This document shows positions 10,715 to 19,343 of a stretch of DNA of 64,000 nt, in pieces (within the stretch, counting starts at the first letter, position 1; every line of letters starts with the position of its first letter). Where the stretch lies: NCBI GenBank assembly GCA_963665275.2, contig CAXXIN010000019.1:64001-128000 (forward strand), given 5' to 3'. The notes beneath the pieces are model-generated. The model saw only the letters and a program-made list of their open reading frames with translations, made no database searches and was not told where the DNA came from. Origin of the DNA: Negativicutes bacterium. Its GTDB lineage: Bacteria > Bacillota > Negativicutes > UBA1444. Position numbers and translations under genes: made by a program.

Positions 10715-10858
10715 TCATCCGGAGCAAGCTTTGTTTTTCGCAAACGCTTTATTTTTCAGGGCTCCGCGCAATTTTCAAGATTTCGTCCAAAGTTGTTCGA
10801 TATGCAAATTTGCCTCTTCGTGTTACAACTGCAATGCAACAAAGTGACAGTGCAAAAA

Positions 10859-12583
10859 CTACTCCACTTTTTCCTTTTCATCCGTTTCGCACTCAAAGGG
10901 CCAGGCGGCTACGCCACCCTCCAGCACTTTTACATCCGTGAAGCCTTCGCCTTCGAGAATGCACTCTGCTTCGTAACCCCGCAAACTAATCTTGCAGAAC
11001 GCGACGATTTCATCTTCTTTGCCCAGTTCCGCCATGCGGCTGCGCAACTGTCCAAGCGGAATATAGGTCACGTTGCGGCAGGGAGCGAGCCGAACCGCCT
11101 TGCACTCTTCCGGTGTCCTGACATCCAGAAATACCGTTTGGGGCGAGGCCAGTTTGTCCTTGGCTTCAATGGGTGAAATCCCCTTGAATTTTCCTGCGAT
11201 CTTGTTCATCAACGTATTGGCCGCAACCGCCGCATTATCGATGGCGTTGTTGAAGGGTGGCGCGTAGGATAGATCAATGTCGAACACATCGTCGATCGTC
11301 CCGCCAAAAGTCAGCACGGCTGCCGCCACATCGATGCGTTTGGCCACTTCGCCTTCGCCAAACGCCTGAATTCCAAGCACCTTGCGAGTCCGTGCGTCGG
11401 CGATGAGTTTGATGGTAATCATTTTGGAACCAGGCATATAATGAGCCCGGTCATGACCAGTGGTCATGGTGGTGACGAGCTCGTATCCCGCTTCTTTCGC
11501 TTCCCGCTCGGTCAATCCGGTCTTGCCGATGTTCAAGTCCAGCAGCCGTACGACAACAGTACCGAGAATTCCACGGAACTTGACGTGGGCGCCGCAAATA
11601 TTTTCACCGATGACGCGTCCATGTTTATTGGCGATGGAACCAAGCGCGACAAAAGCTTTTTTTCCTGTCACCAGGTGGGTGTTCTCGGCGCAGTCGCCAC
11701 CGGCATAAATATCCGGATCGCTTGTCTGCATGAATTCATTGACGGAGATAGTCCCGGAGACGCCCAGCAGCAGTCCCGCTTCCTGCGCCAGTTTGGAAGT
11801 CGGTTTCACGCCAACCGCCATGACGACAACATCAGCAAGCAAGATTCCCTTATCCGTCACGACCGATTTCACGACACCTTCGCCCTCGAAGCGCTGCACT
11901 TTTTCCTGCGTGCGGATTTCGATCCCCTTTTCACTGGCGTACTTTTCAATGGCCAGCGCAGCTTCCGCATCCAGGAACGCCGGGAACACATGGTCCTGCA
12001 TTTCGACGATAGACACATGAACTCCCCAGCGATGAAACGCTTCCGCCATCTCGATGCCTACCAGACCAGCTCCGATGATCACTGCGTTTTTGACTTGTCC
12101 TGCTTCCAGAAGGCTGCGAATATCGCGGGCATCATAAGGATGCCACATCGGAAAAATATTACCGAGATCCACGCCGGGAAACGGAATCCGTACCGGTGTG
12201 GAACCGGTGGCGATCACCAGCTTATCATAGGGAAGGTCCGACTCTTCCCCCGTAGTCAGAGTTCTGATCCGGACGGTTTTCAACGTCCGGTCGATACGAA
12301 GGGCCTCGGTCCGCGTCAGCACATCCAGATTCTTCGTGGCTTTAAAAAAGCCGGCATTCCGCATGGAACCGGCAGGTGTCATCATTAATTGATCTATGGA
12401 AAGAATGTCTCCGGCAACAACATAAGGCATACCGCAGGCGCCATAGGAAACGATTTCGCCGCGTTCCACGACGGTGATGCGGGCATGCGGATCACCGCGG
12501 CGCACTTTGGCTGCAGACTTGAGTCCAGCCGCCACTCCGCCGATCACGACTATGTTTCGGGGCATCGGTTGATTGTCCATCAT
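10859..12583 (-). CDS. CoA-disulfide reductase with C-terminal rhodanese domain (Npsr/CoADR-RHD family)
   Basis: GGVAAG FAD motif, SYGACGMPY single-Cys active site, GAGLVGIE, DLSYAPPF, and rhodanese LDVRTPEE...CKISLRG. Confidence 0.9.
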   Translation of the reverse strand: MMDNQPMPRNIVVIGGVAAGLKSAAKVRRGDPHARITVVERGEIVSYGACGMPYVVAGDILSIDQLMMTPAGSMRNAGFFKATKNLDVLTRTEALRIDRTLKTVRIRTLTTGEESDLPYDKLVIATGSTPVRIPFPGVDLGNIFPMWHPYDARDIRSLLEAGQVKNAVIIGAGLVGIEMAEAFHRWGVHVSIVEMQDHVFPAFLDAEAALAIEKYASEKGIEIRTQEKVQRFEGEGVVKSVVTDKGILLADVVVMAVGVKPTSKLAQEAGLLLGVSGTISVNEFMQTSDPDIYAGGDCAENTHLVTGKKAFVALGSIANKHGRVIGENICGAHVKFRGILGTVVVRLLDLNIGKTGLTEREAKEAGYELVTTMTTGHDRAHYMPGSKMITIKLIADARTRKVLGIQAFGEGEVAKRIDVAAAVLTFGGTIDDVFDIDLSYAPPFNNAIDNAAVAANTLMNKIAGKFKGISPIEAKDKLASPQTVFLDVRTPEECKAVRLAPCRNVTYIPLGQLRSRMAELGKEDEIVAFCKISLRGYEAECILEGEGFTDVKVLEGGVAAWPFECETDEKEKVE

Positions 12584-12740
12584 TGCCTCCGTTTACCCCC
12601 CTATAAGGGGGGCTTCTATATCATTCATTTTACTTGATAATAAGTTGCTTCGTCAATTGATGGAATATCGCAGTCCAACCCATAATATGGTATGATAAAA
12701 ATTGAATAATCTGCGAAATCCGAGGAAAGGAGTTCTTTCC

Positions 12741-13481
12741 TTGATAGAATATGAAAAGATAAACAAATCTTATCAGACAGGAAGTTATGCCGTATCGGAC
12801 TTCAACCTGTCCATCGCACAAGGGGAACTGCTCGCCATCATCGGCCCGAGCGGGTGCGGCAAAACTACTGTGCTGAAAATGCTCAATCGTCTCACCGAGC
12901 CGACAGGCGGGCGAATTCTGCTGCACGGGCAGGATATTCGCGCCCTGGATCCTATCGCGCTCCGCCGCAGAATGGGTTATGTCATCCAGCAGGTGGGCCT
13001 GTTTCCCCATATGACTGTTGCGGAAAACATTACCGTGGTTCCCGATATCCTTGGCTGGCCTGCGGCGAAAAAGCATTCCCGGGCCCTCGAGTTGCTTGAA
13101 CTCATCGACATGAATCCTGCCGACTTCCTCCACCGTTACCCGCATCAGCTTTCCGGCGGACAACAGCAGCGCATTGGCGTCCTCCGGGCCCTGGCCGCCG
13201 ACCCGGAAGTAATTCTGATGGACGAACCTTTTGGCGCCGTCGATCCACTGACCCGGACCAAACTGCAGCAAGAATTGAAAGCCCTCCACAGCCGCCTGCA
13301 CAAAACCATTCTTCTTGTCACCCACGATATTGACGAAGCCTTCCGACTTGCCGACCGGATATTGCTCATGCGGGACGGACGGATTGTACAGCTCGGAACG
13401 CCCTCTGATCTCTTGGAACATCCCGCGGTTCCATTTGTCAGCGAATATATTGGCGCCGCTCAACGCCAGGCTTGCCTATGA
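12741..13481 (+). CDS. Osmoprotectant ABC transporter ATPase (OpuCA-like, no CBS domains)
   Basis: GPSGCGKTT, YVIQQVGLFPH, LSGGQQQRIG and MDEPF. TTG start after AGGAG. Confidence 0.9.
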   Translation: MIEYEKINKSYQTGSYAVSDFNLSIAQGELLAIIGPSGCGKTTVLKMLNRLTEPTGGRILLHGQDIRALDPIALRRRMGYVIQQVGLFPHMTVAENITVVPDILGWPAAKKHSRALELLELIDMNPADFLHRYPHQLSGGQQQRIGVLRALAADPEVILMDEPFGAVDPLTRTKLQQELKALHSRLHKTILLVTHDIDEAFRLADRILLMRDGRIVQLGTPSDLLEHPAVPFVSEYIGAAQRQACL

Positions 13482-14095
13482 ATGCGGCATTGATTTTTTC
13501 AGCCTTTCTGCGGCATCTGGAACTCTGCTCCCTGTCTGTCGGATTGGGCACGGTGACTGCAGTCAGCCTGGGTATTTACCTTTATTACCGCCCCCGCGCC
13601 GCCGCCCTGTGGCTCGGAGGGACCGGCGCCCTGCAGACGATCCCGAGCCTCGCGCTTTATGGCCTGTTTCTGCCCATTCTGGGCATCGGTCTGTTGCCAG
13701 CCGTCACCGCCCTGTTTCTCTATTCGTTGACCCCCATCCTCCGGGCTACACTGGTAAGCCTGAAGGAAGTGGATCCCTCTTTGACGGAAGCCGCCCGCGG
13801 AATGGGCATGGACCGATGGCAGATCCTGCGGCGGGTGCTGCTGCCGCTGGCGTTGCCTGGCATCCTGTCAGGAATTCGCATGTCAACCATGTACATCATC
13901 AGCTGGGCAACGCTGGCTGCTTTCATCGGCGCCGGCGGCCTGGGAGATCTCGTGCTGGGCGGCATCTACAATTACGATATCCGCCTGATTCTTGCCGGAT
14001 CCCTACCGGCTGTCCTGCTGGCGTTTCTTTGCGGGCTCGCCTTCGACAGGCTCGCACGCCGTTTGAGTATCCCGGGAGCTAAGAATCATGAATGA
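13478..14095 (+). CDS. Osmoprotectant ABC transporter permease (OpuCB-like)
   Basis: LQTIPSLAL, EAARGMGM and IGAGGLGD. Confidence 0.9.
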   Translation: MNAALIFSAFLRHLELCSLSVGLGTVTAVSLGIYLYYRPRAAALWLGGTGALQTIPSLALYGLFLPILGIGLLPAVTALFLYSLTPILRATLVSLKEVDPSLTEAARGMGMDRWQILRRVLLPLALPGILSGIRMSTMYIISWATLAAFIGAGGLGDLVLGGIYNYDIRLILAGSLPAVLLAFLCGLAFDRLARRLSIPGAKNHE

Positions 14096-14702
14096 AATCC
14101 TGATGATGACTCTAGAGCATCTCTCCCTTTCAATGCAGGGCGTGTTCTGGGCCATACTGGCAGGAATCCCGCTGGGGTGGGTTTCCTATCGTCACGATCG
14201 CTTTCGTTCTTTTATTTTTACAGTTTCGGAATGGCTGCAGATCTTCCCGACCTTGGCGCTCTTGGCCCTGTTGTTGTTCGTTTGGGGACTCTCCGACACC
14301 ACGCTCATTGCAGCGCTGTTTCTGTATTCACTCCTTCCGATCGTCACCGCCACCCATGCCGGCCTCGTCGGAATCAGCCCGTCCATCCGCGAATCCGCCC
14401 TAGGGCTCGGAATGAATCCGTGGCAGTTTTTCTGGCGGGTTCAGTTGCCACTCTCCCTGCCTCATCTGCTCAGCGGAATCCGCATCGCCCTCGTTACGGC
14501 AGTCGGCATTACCACTGTCGGCGTCCTCGTCGGAGCAGGCGGACTCGGTAAGCCCATCTGGCGAGGAATCCAGACTCAGAATACGCCGATGATCCTATCT
14601 GGCGCCTTACCGGCTGCCGCCCTGGCAATCTGCATCGATTGGGCTGGACAATGGCTGGAAAAGCGCAGCACGCCCTGGAAACGTGATCGCGAACAGATCT
14701 GA
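14088..14702 (+). CDS. Osmoprotectant ABC transporter permease (OpuCD-like)
   Basis: LQIFPTLAL, ESALGLGM and VGAGGLG. Confidence 0.9.
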   Translation: MNEILMMTLEHLSLSMQGVFWAILAGIPLGWVSYRHDRFRSFIFTVSEWLQIFPTLALLALLLFVWGLSDTTLIAALFLYSLLPIVTATHAGLVGISPSIRESALGLGMNPWQFFWRVQLPLSLPHLLSGIRIALVTAVGITTVGVLVGAGGLGKPIWRGIQTQNTPMILSGALPAAALAICIDWAGQWLEKRSTPWKRDREQI

Positions 14703-14733
14703 CGACATTTTTAAAAAACAAGGAGGGTGACCC

Positions 14734-15648
14734 ATGAAGAATCAGTCAGCGACTTCGAAACTTTCCGCCCTGATCCTCGCAACAGCGCTCGTCTTTGTTG
14801 TTTCTGCCTGCGGCTCCTCTTCCGCACCCGCCAGCAAACCGATCGTCATTGGTTCCAAGCCTTTCACCGAAGGCGTGCTACTCAGCGAACTCGCAGCACA
14901 GCTCATCGAAGGGAACACCCCGCTCAAAGTGGACCGCAAATTCAACCTCGGCGGTACAATCGTCGCTTTCAACGCCTTGAAAAACGGCGACCTCGATCTT
15001 TATCCCGAGTACACCGGCACTGGCCTGGTAGCGATTTTGAAGCAGCCGGTTGTCGCTGACGCCGACAAGGCCTACGAAATCGTTCAGAAGGAATTCAACA
15101 GCCAATACAAAATCAAATGGCTGAAACCCCTGGGATTCAACAACACTTACGCCATGGCGGTACCGGAAGATTTCGCGGCACAGAATAATCTCAGACAAAC
15201 CTCCGATCTTGCCCGGATTAACGATCAACTCATTTTTGGCGCGGAACAGGATTTTTTTGGCCGGGCGGACGGCTATGACGGATTCACTCAGGCTTACGGC
15301 TTCAAATTCAAAAACGTGAAACAGATGGAAATCGGATTGAAGTACAAAGCCATCGCCAACAAAGAAGTCAACGTCATCAACGCATTTTCGACCGATGGCC
15401 TGTTGATCACTCACAAACTGCGGGTCCTGACCGATGACAAAAAGTATTTTCCCCCTTACTATGGCGCTTTTTTGATCCGGATGGGTACGCTGGAAAAGCA
15501 TCCCGAACTGGAAGAGGTCCTCAATAAACTCTCTGGCAAACTAACGGATAGTGAAATGCAGAAACTCAACTTTGAAGTCGAGCAAGAGAAAAAAGATCCC
15601 GCCGCCGTCGTAAAGGCGTTTCTGAAAGCAAAAGGACTGGTGAAATAG
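14734..15648 (+). CDS. Glycine betaine/choline ABC substrate-binding lipoprotein (OpuCC/OsmF-like)
   Basis: VSAC lipobox; GSKPFTE, YPEYTGT, GFNNTY and FPPY. Confidence 0.9.
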   Translation: MKNQSATSKLSALILATALVFVVSACGSSSAPASKPIVIGSKPFTEGVLLSELAAQLIEGNTPLKVDRKFNLGGTIVAFNALKNGDLDLYPEYTGTGLVAILKQPVVADADKAYEIVQKEFNSQYKIKWLKPLGFNNTYAMAVPEDFAAQNNLRQTSDLARINDQLIFGAEQDFFGRADGYDGFTQAYGFKFKNVKQMEIGLKYKAIANKEVNVINAFSTDGLLITHKLRVLTDDKKYFPPYYGAFLIRMGTLEKHPELEEVLNKLSGKLTDSEMQKLNFEVEQEKKDPAAVVKAFLKAKGLVK

Positions 15649-15672
15649 GCGGTCGCCAAAAATACGAATACA

Positions 15673-15712
15673 AAAAACCGGGGAGTTCCTTTTGAGGAAA
15701 CCCCCGGTTTTT
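15673..15712. terminator. Bidirectional intrinsic terminator
   Basis: AAAAACCGGG...CCCGGTTTTT between the convergent binding-protein and ferritin genes. Confidence 0.8.
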
Positions 15713-15731
15713 CGTTCAGTTAATAATGGAT

Positions 15732-16226
15732 TTATTTACCGCGGTGACCCAGCGCGTGGTCGAGCTGGAACAGTCCGCCGACGCTCTTGTCGCCGATCAT
15801 CTTGAGCTGAGCAACGATCTGGGTGGCATTGGCTTCTTCTTCGACCTGCTCGTTGATGAACCATTGCAGGAAGATCTGCGCCGCATAATCTTTTTCCTTC
15901 AACGCCAATTCATACAGGTTGTTGATCATGGCGGTGACTTTTTTCTCATGGGTCAACACTTCTTCGAACAGTTTGAGCATGGAACCAAACTTCACAGGAG
16001 GAGCTTCCACCGCTTTCAACTCGACTTCGCCGCCCCGTTCCTGAATATAGTGAAGAATTTTCATCCCGTGAGAAGTTTCTTCTTCATATTGCACTTTCAG
16101 CCAACTGGCAAATCCTCTGAAGTTTTCCGCCTCACTATAAGCCGACATCGACAGATACAGCTGTGCCGAATAGAACTCAGCCTGGATTTGGTTATTCATC
16201 ATGTCTTGCAATTTTTTACCCAACAT
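15732..16226 (-). CDS. ftnA: Non-heme ferritin
   Basis: QIQAEFYSAQLYLSMS, EEETSHG, HEKKVT and FLQWFINEQVEEE ferroxidase motifs. Confidence 0.92.
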   Translation of the reverse strand: MLGKKLQDMMNNQIQAEFYSAQLYLSMSAYSEAENFRGFASWLKVQYEEETSHGMKILHYIQERGGEVELKAVEAPPVKFGSMLKLFEEVLTHEKKVTAMINNLYELALKEKDYAAQIFLQWFINEQVEEEANATQIVAQLKMIGDKSVGGLFQLDHALGHRGK

Positions 16227-16243
16227 ATTCATCTCTCCCTTTT

Positions 16244-16258
16244 TCATAACAATTATTA
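16244..16258 (-). promoter_or_regulatory. PerR/Fur-like operator in front of ferritin
   Basis: TAATAATTGTTATGA resembles the PerR consensus TTATAATNATTATAA and lies directly before the RBS. Confidence 0.55.
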
Positions 16259-16404
16259 ATTGGTATGTATTCCTATTAGTTCTTATTATAGCACACTACT
16301 TGGATATTTCAAGACTTTGTGGTCGTTAATTCCATTTTTGCAGGAAAATAATCTGACAAAGGCGAAGTACTTCGCATGATTAAATTACGGGAGGAGCGAT
16401 ATTT

Positions 16405-16578
16405 ATGGCTTACTTTATCACTGACCGTTGCAACCGCGTGGGGGCGTGTCTGCCGGTTTGCCCTGTAGAAGCCATTTCAGAAGGTGACCCCGTCTATGTC
16501 ATTGATCCAGACAAATGCATAGAATGTGGAGCGTGCGCCGCCGTCTGCCCTTCGAATGCCATCGATCCACCCAAATAA
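16405..16578 (+). CDS. Clostridial-type ferredoxin, 57 aa
   Basis: GGGAGG RBS; MAYFITDRCNRVGACLPVCPVEAISEGDPVYVIDPDKCIECGACAAVCPSNAIDPPK*. Below the ORF-track length cut-off. Confidence 0.93.
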   Translation: MAYFITDRCNRVGACLPVCPVEAISEGDPVYVIDPDKCIECGACAAVCPSNAIDPPK

Positions 16579-16723
16579 AGTTTGGCATTCGACATCCTTC
16601 CTGTTAAAATTATAACAACTGGTTAGTAAGGGAAGCAAACTCCGGCTGAAAATTGCCGCGCAGTTGGCTTTCCCTTTTACTGTCCTATCTTCACCATAAA
16701 GCATTGAGAAATGGAGCTATATC

Positions 16724-18130
16724 ATGCAAAAATATCTGCCTGTGACCCCAGAAATTTTGACTGAATTAAAAAACATCGTCGGCGAAAAATTCGCGTTTGC
16801 CGATCCGGAAAAAGGCGAAGCTTATTCGCGTGACGAAACCCCCGACAGCAAGTATGCCTGCCTGCCGGAAGCTGTCGTTCTGCCAGCAACGACTGATGAA
16901 GCGGCGCGAATCGTCAAACTCGCCAACCGCGAGCATATTTCTATCGTACCCCGGGGCGCCGGAACGGGTCTGGCCTGCGGAGCCATCCCGATCAACGGCG
17001 GCATTGTCGTGTCGTTGGAGCGGTTCAATCAAATCCTAGAGGTCAATGCTGAAGCCATGTATATGGTCGTACAGGCCGGAGTGCGAACTGAACTGGTCCA
17101 GCAGGCAGCCAAGGAAGCCGGGCTTTTCTATGCAGGTGATCCCTGTAGCGGCGACAGTTGCTTCATCGGGGGCAACATCGCCACCAACGCCGGTGGAAAC
17201 CGCGCCGTCAAATATGGAACCACCCGGCATCAAGTCTACGAATTTGAAATGGTGACCCCGCTCGGTGATATCGTACGTCTGGGAAGCCGGCTGAACAAAA
17301 ACACCACCGGCTACTGCCTCGAACAACTAATCATGGGCTCCGAAGGAACTCTCGGCATCATTACGCAGGCCACGCTGAAGCTGAAACCGTTGCCGGCTCA
17401 TGTCATCGACTTGCTGGCGATTTTTCCCGACGTGGAAAAAGCCATCGCTATCGTCGGTCTCATGCTGCGATCCGGTTTGACGCCCACCTGCGTCGAATTC
17501 ATGGACAACGCTACTGTTCAGAGCGTGGAACGTTTCCTGCAGGAAAGCCTGCCGCACAGTGATGTCGGCCACTATATCATTATCCAGATGGAAGCCGCCA
17601 CCGAAGACGACCTGGAGAACAAGACGGTTGCCATTGACGAACTATGTTCAGGTAACGGCGCCATCGCTGTATTGGTCGCCGATTCGCAAAAAATCTGGAA
17701 AGCCCGCAAAGCTTTCACAGAAGCAACCCATGTGGAAAGTACGGTTCAGTCATTCGAGGATATCGTGGTACCGGTAGAAAAAATTCCCGAAGCCGCAGAT
17801 GCCAGCAATCGGCTCGCCGCTCGACACGGTTTGATTTTTCGCATGGTAAGTCATGCCGGTGATGGCAACATTCATCTCACAATGTTCCGGAGCAATTTGT
17901 CCGAACAAGAGTGGGACAGTCGACTCAGTTCGTTTCAAAACGACCTGTACGAAGAAATTTATCGAATGGGTGGACGTCTGTCTGGTGAACACGGTATTGG
18001 TTATAAACGCAAAAATCTGATGCAGAAATTTACCGATCCCGTGGAACTGGATATGATGCGTCGGATCAAAAAAGCTCTCGATCCCAATCTGATCCTCAAT
18101 CCCGGCAAAATATTCGACGTAGACGACTAA
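16724..18130 (+). CDS. FAD-linked oxidase, GlcD/LctD (D-lactate/glycolate dehydrogenase) family
   Basis: PRGAGTGL, IGGNIATNAGG, GSEGTLGII, HAGDGNIH, SGEHGIG and LNPGKIF. Confidence 0.9.
   Translation: MQKYLPVTPEILTELKNIVGEKFAFADPEKGEAYSRDETPDSKYACLPEAVVLPATTDEAARIVKLANREHISIVPRGAGTGLACGAIPINGGIVVSLERFNQILEVNAEAMYMVVQAGVRTELVQQAAKEAGLFYAGDPCSGDSCFIGGNIATNAGGNRAVKYGTTRHQVYEFEMVTPLGDIVRLGSRLNKNTTGYCLEQLIMGSEGTLGIITQATLKLKPLPAHVIDLLAIFPDVEKAIAIVGLMLRSGLTPTCVEFMDNATVQSVERFLQESLPHSDVGHYIIIQMEAATEDDLENKTVAIDELCSGNGAIAVLVADSQKIWKARKAFTEATHVESTVQSFEDIVVPVEKIPEAADASNRLAARHGLIFRMVSHAGDGNIHLTMFRSNLSEQEWDSRLSSFQNDLYEEIYRMGGRLSGEHGIGYKRKNLMQKFTDPVELDMMRRIKKALDPNLILNPGKIFDVDD
18019..18114 (+). repeat. Direct repeat copy 1 (3' end of FAD oxidase gene)
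   Basis: 96 bp matching 21737-21832 with 2 mismatches. Confidence 0.95.
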
Positions 18131-18150
18131 GCGACTTTCTATTTTCGTGC

Positions 18151-18183
18151 CAAGAAAAGACCGCCTCAACGCGGTCTTTTTTG
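18151..18183. terminator. Bidirectional intrinsic terminator
   Basis: AAAAGACCGC-ctcaac-GCGGTCTTTT. Confidence 0.8.
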
Positions 18184-18187
18184 CTGT

Positions 18188-19282
18188 TTATCTCCACCAA
18201 ACATCACTGGGATACGTAACTGCACCTACCCTAATTGGTTCGCCGATTTTCGGTGTTGAAACAAATATTTGTCGTTCTTTGGCCGCCTTTGTCACCCGCT
18301 CAATCGGGTCAGTCCAATCATGCAAAGCTAAACTAAAGGCCCCCCAATGAATGGGAATCAGGTTGTTCCCTTTTACATCGATGTGGGCTTGCACTGTTTC
18401 TTCCGGCATCATGTGAATGGCAGACCAACGTTCATCATATTGACCACACTCCATTAGCGTCCAATCGAAAGGCCCATACTTTTCGCCAATTTGGGCGAAG
18501 TGTGGGCCAAACCCGCTATCGCCGCTAAAAAAGACTCTTGTCTGTTTACCGATAACCACCCATGAGCACCACAGCGTTGTATCACGGTTAAATAGCCCTC
18601 TGCCAGAAAAATGCCTTGCTGGCGTCGCAACTAGTTTTAATCCGCCAACATCCGATTCAGCCCACCAATCATGTTCCTTGATCTTCTCTTTCTCAATACC
18701 CCATCGTTCCAAGTGGCTTCCAACGCCAAGGGGAACATAAAACTGACCAACTTTGTCCTTAATCGACATAATGGAATCATAATCCAAATGATCATAATGG
18801 TCATGAGACAAGATAACAATATCTACGGATGGTAGTTCTTCTATCTTCACGGGTAATGTTTCGCTATACCGTTTGCCGCCGACCAAAGGAAAGGGTGACG
18901 GAGTCTTGGCAAACATGGGGTCTATCAAGACTCTTTTGCCTTCGATTTCCAGCAGTACCGTTGAATGACCAAACCAATAAATCCTTGTTTCTCCCTTCTC
19001 CTGAAAACTTATAGTATTGATAAACTCCACAGGAATAGCTCCATTCGGCCTTCCTTGCGGATTTCCTTTTACAAAGTCACGCACTATCGTAACCAAGGTC
19101 TCAGGATTCATATCCATTGATGTAGGAATTTGATTCATAAACTTATTTTGTCTGAAATTTGAGGATTGGCTAAAAGTCTGAAGCTTCGCATCCGATAATC
19201 CCCCACCAAATACCGGGTGGAATTTTAATAAACAAATGCCGAACAGGCCAATCCCAACAAAGATACTGATCATAACTTTCAT
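18188..19282 (-). CDS. MBL-fold metallo-hydrolase (RomA/NAPE-PLD-like) with N-terminal anchor
   Basis: WFGHST, SHDHYDHLD, PARHFSGR, FSGDSG and PIHWG. Confidence 0.88.
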   Translation of the reverse strand: MKVMISIFVGIGLFGICLLKFHPVFGGGLSDAKLQTFSQSSNFRQNKFMNQIPTSMDMNPETLVTIVRDFVKGNPQGRPNGAIPVEFINTISFQEKGETRIYWFGHSTVLLEIEGKRVLIDPMFAKTPSPFPLVGGKRYSETLPVKIEELPSVDIVILSHDHYDHLDYDSIMSIKDKVGQFYVPLGVGSHLERWGIEKEKIKEHDWWAESDVGGLKLVATPARHFSGRGLFNRDTTLWCSWVVIGKQTRVFFSGDSGFGPHFAQIGEKYGPFDWTLMECGQYDERWSAIHMMPEETVQAHIDVKGNNLIPIHWGAFSLALHDWTDPIERVTKAAKERQIFVSTPKIGEPIRVGAVTYPSDVWWR

Positions 19283-19343
19283 CTGTTATCCCTCATTTTA
19301 GTCTATTGTGTACCGAGCAGTTCTGACGTAGTCGCCTCTTTAG

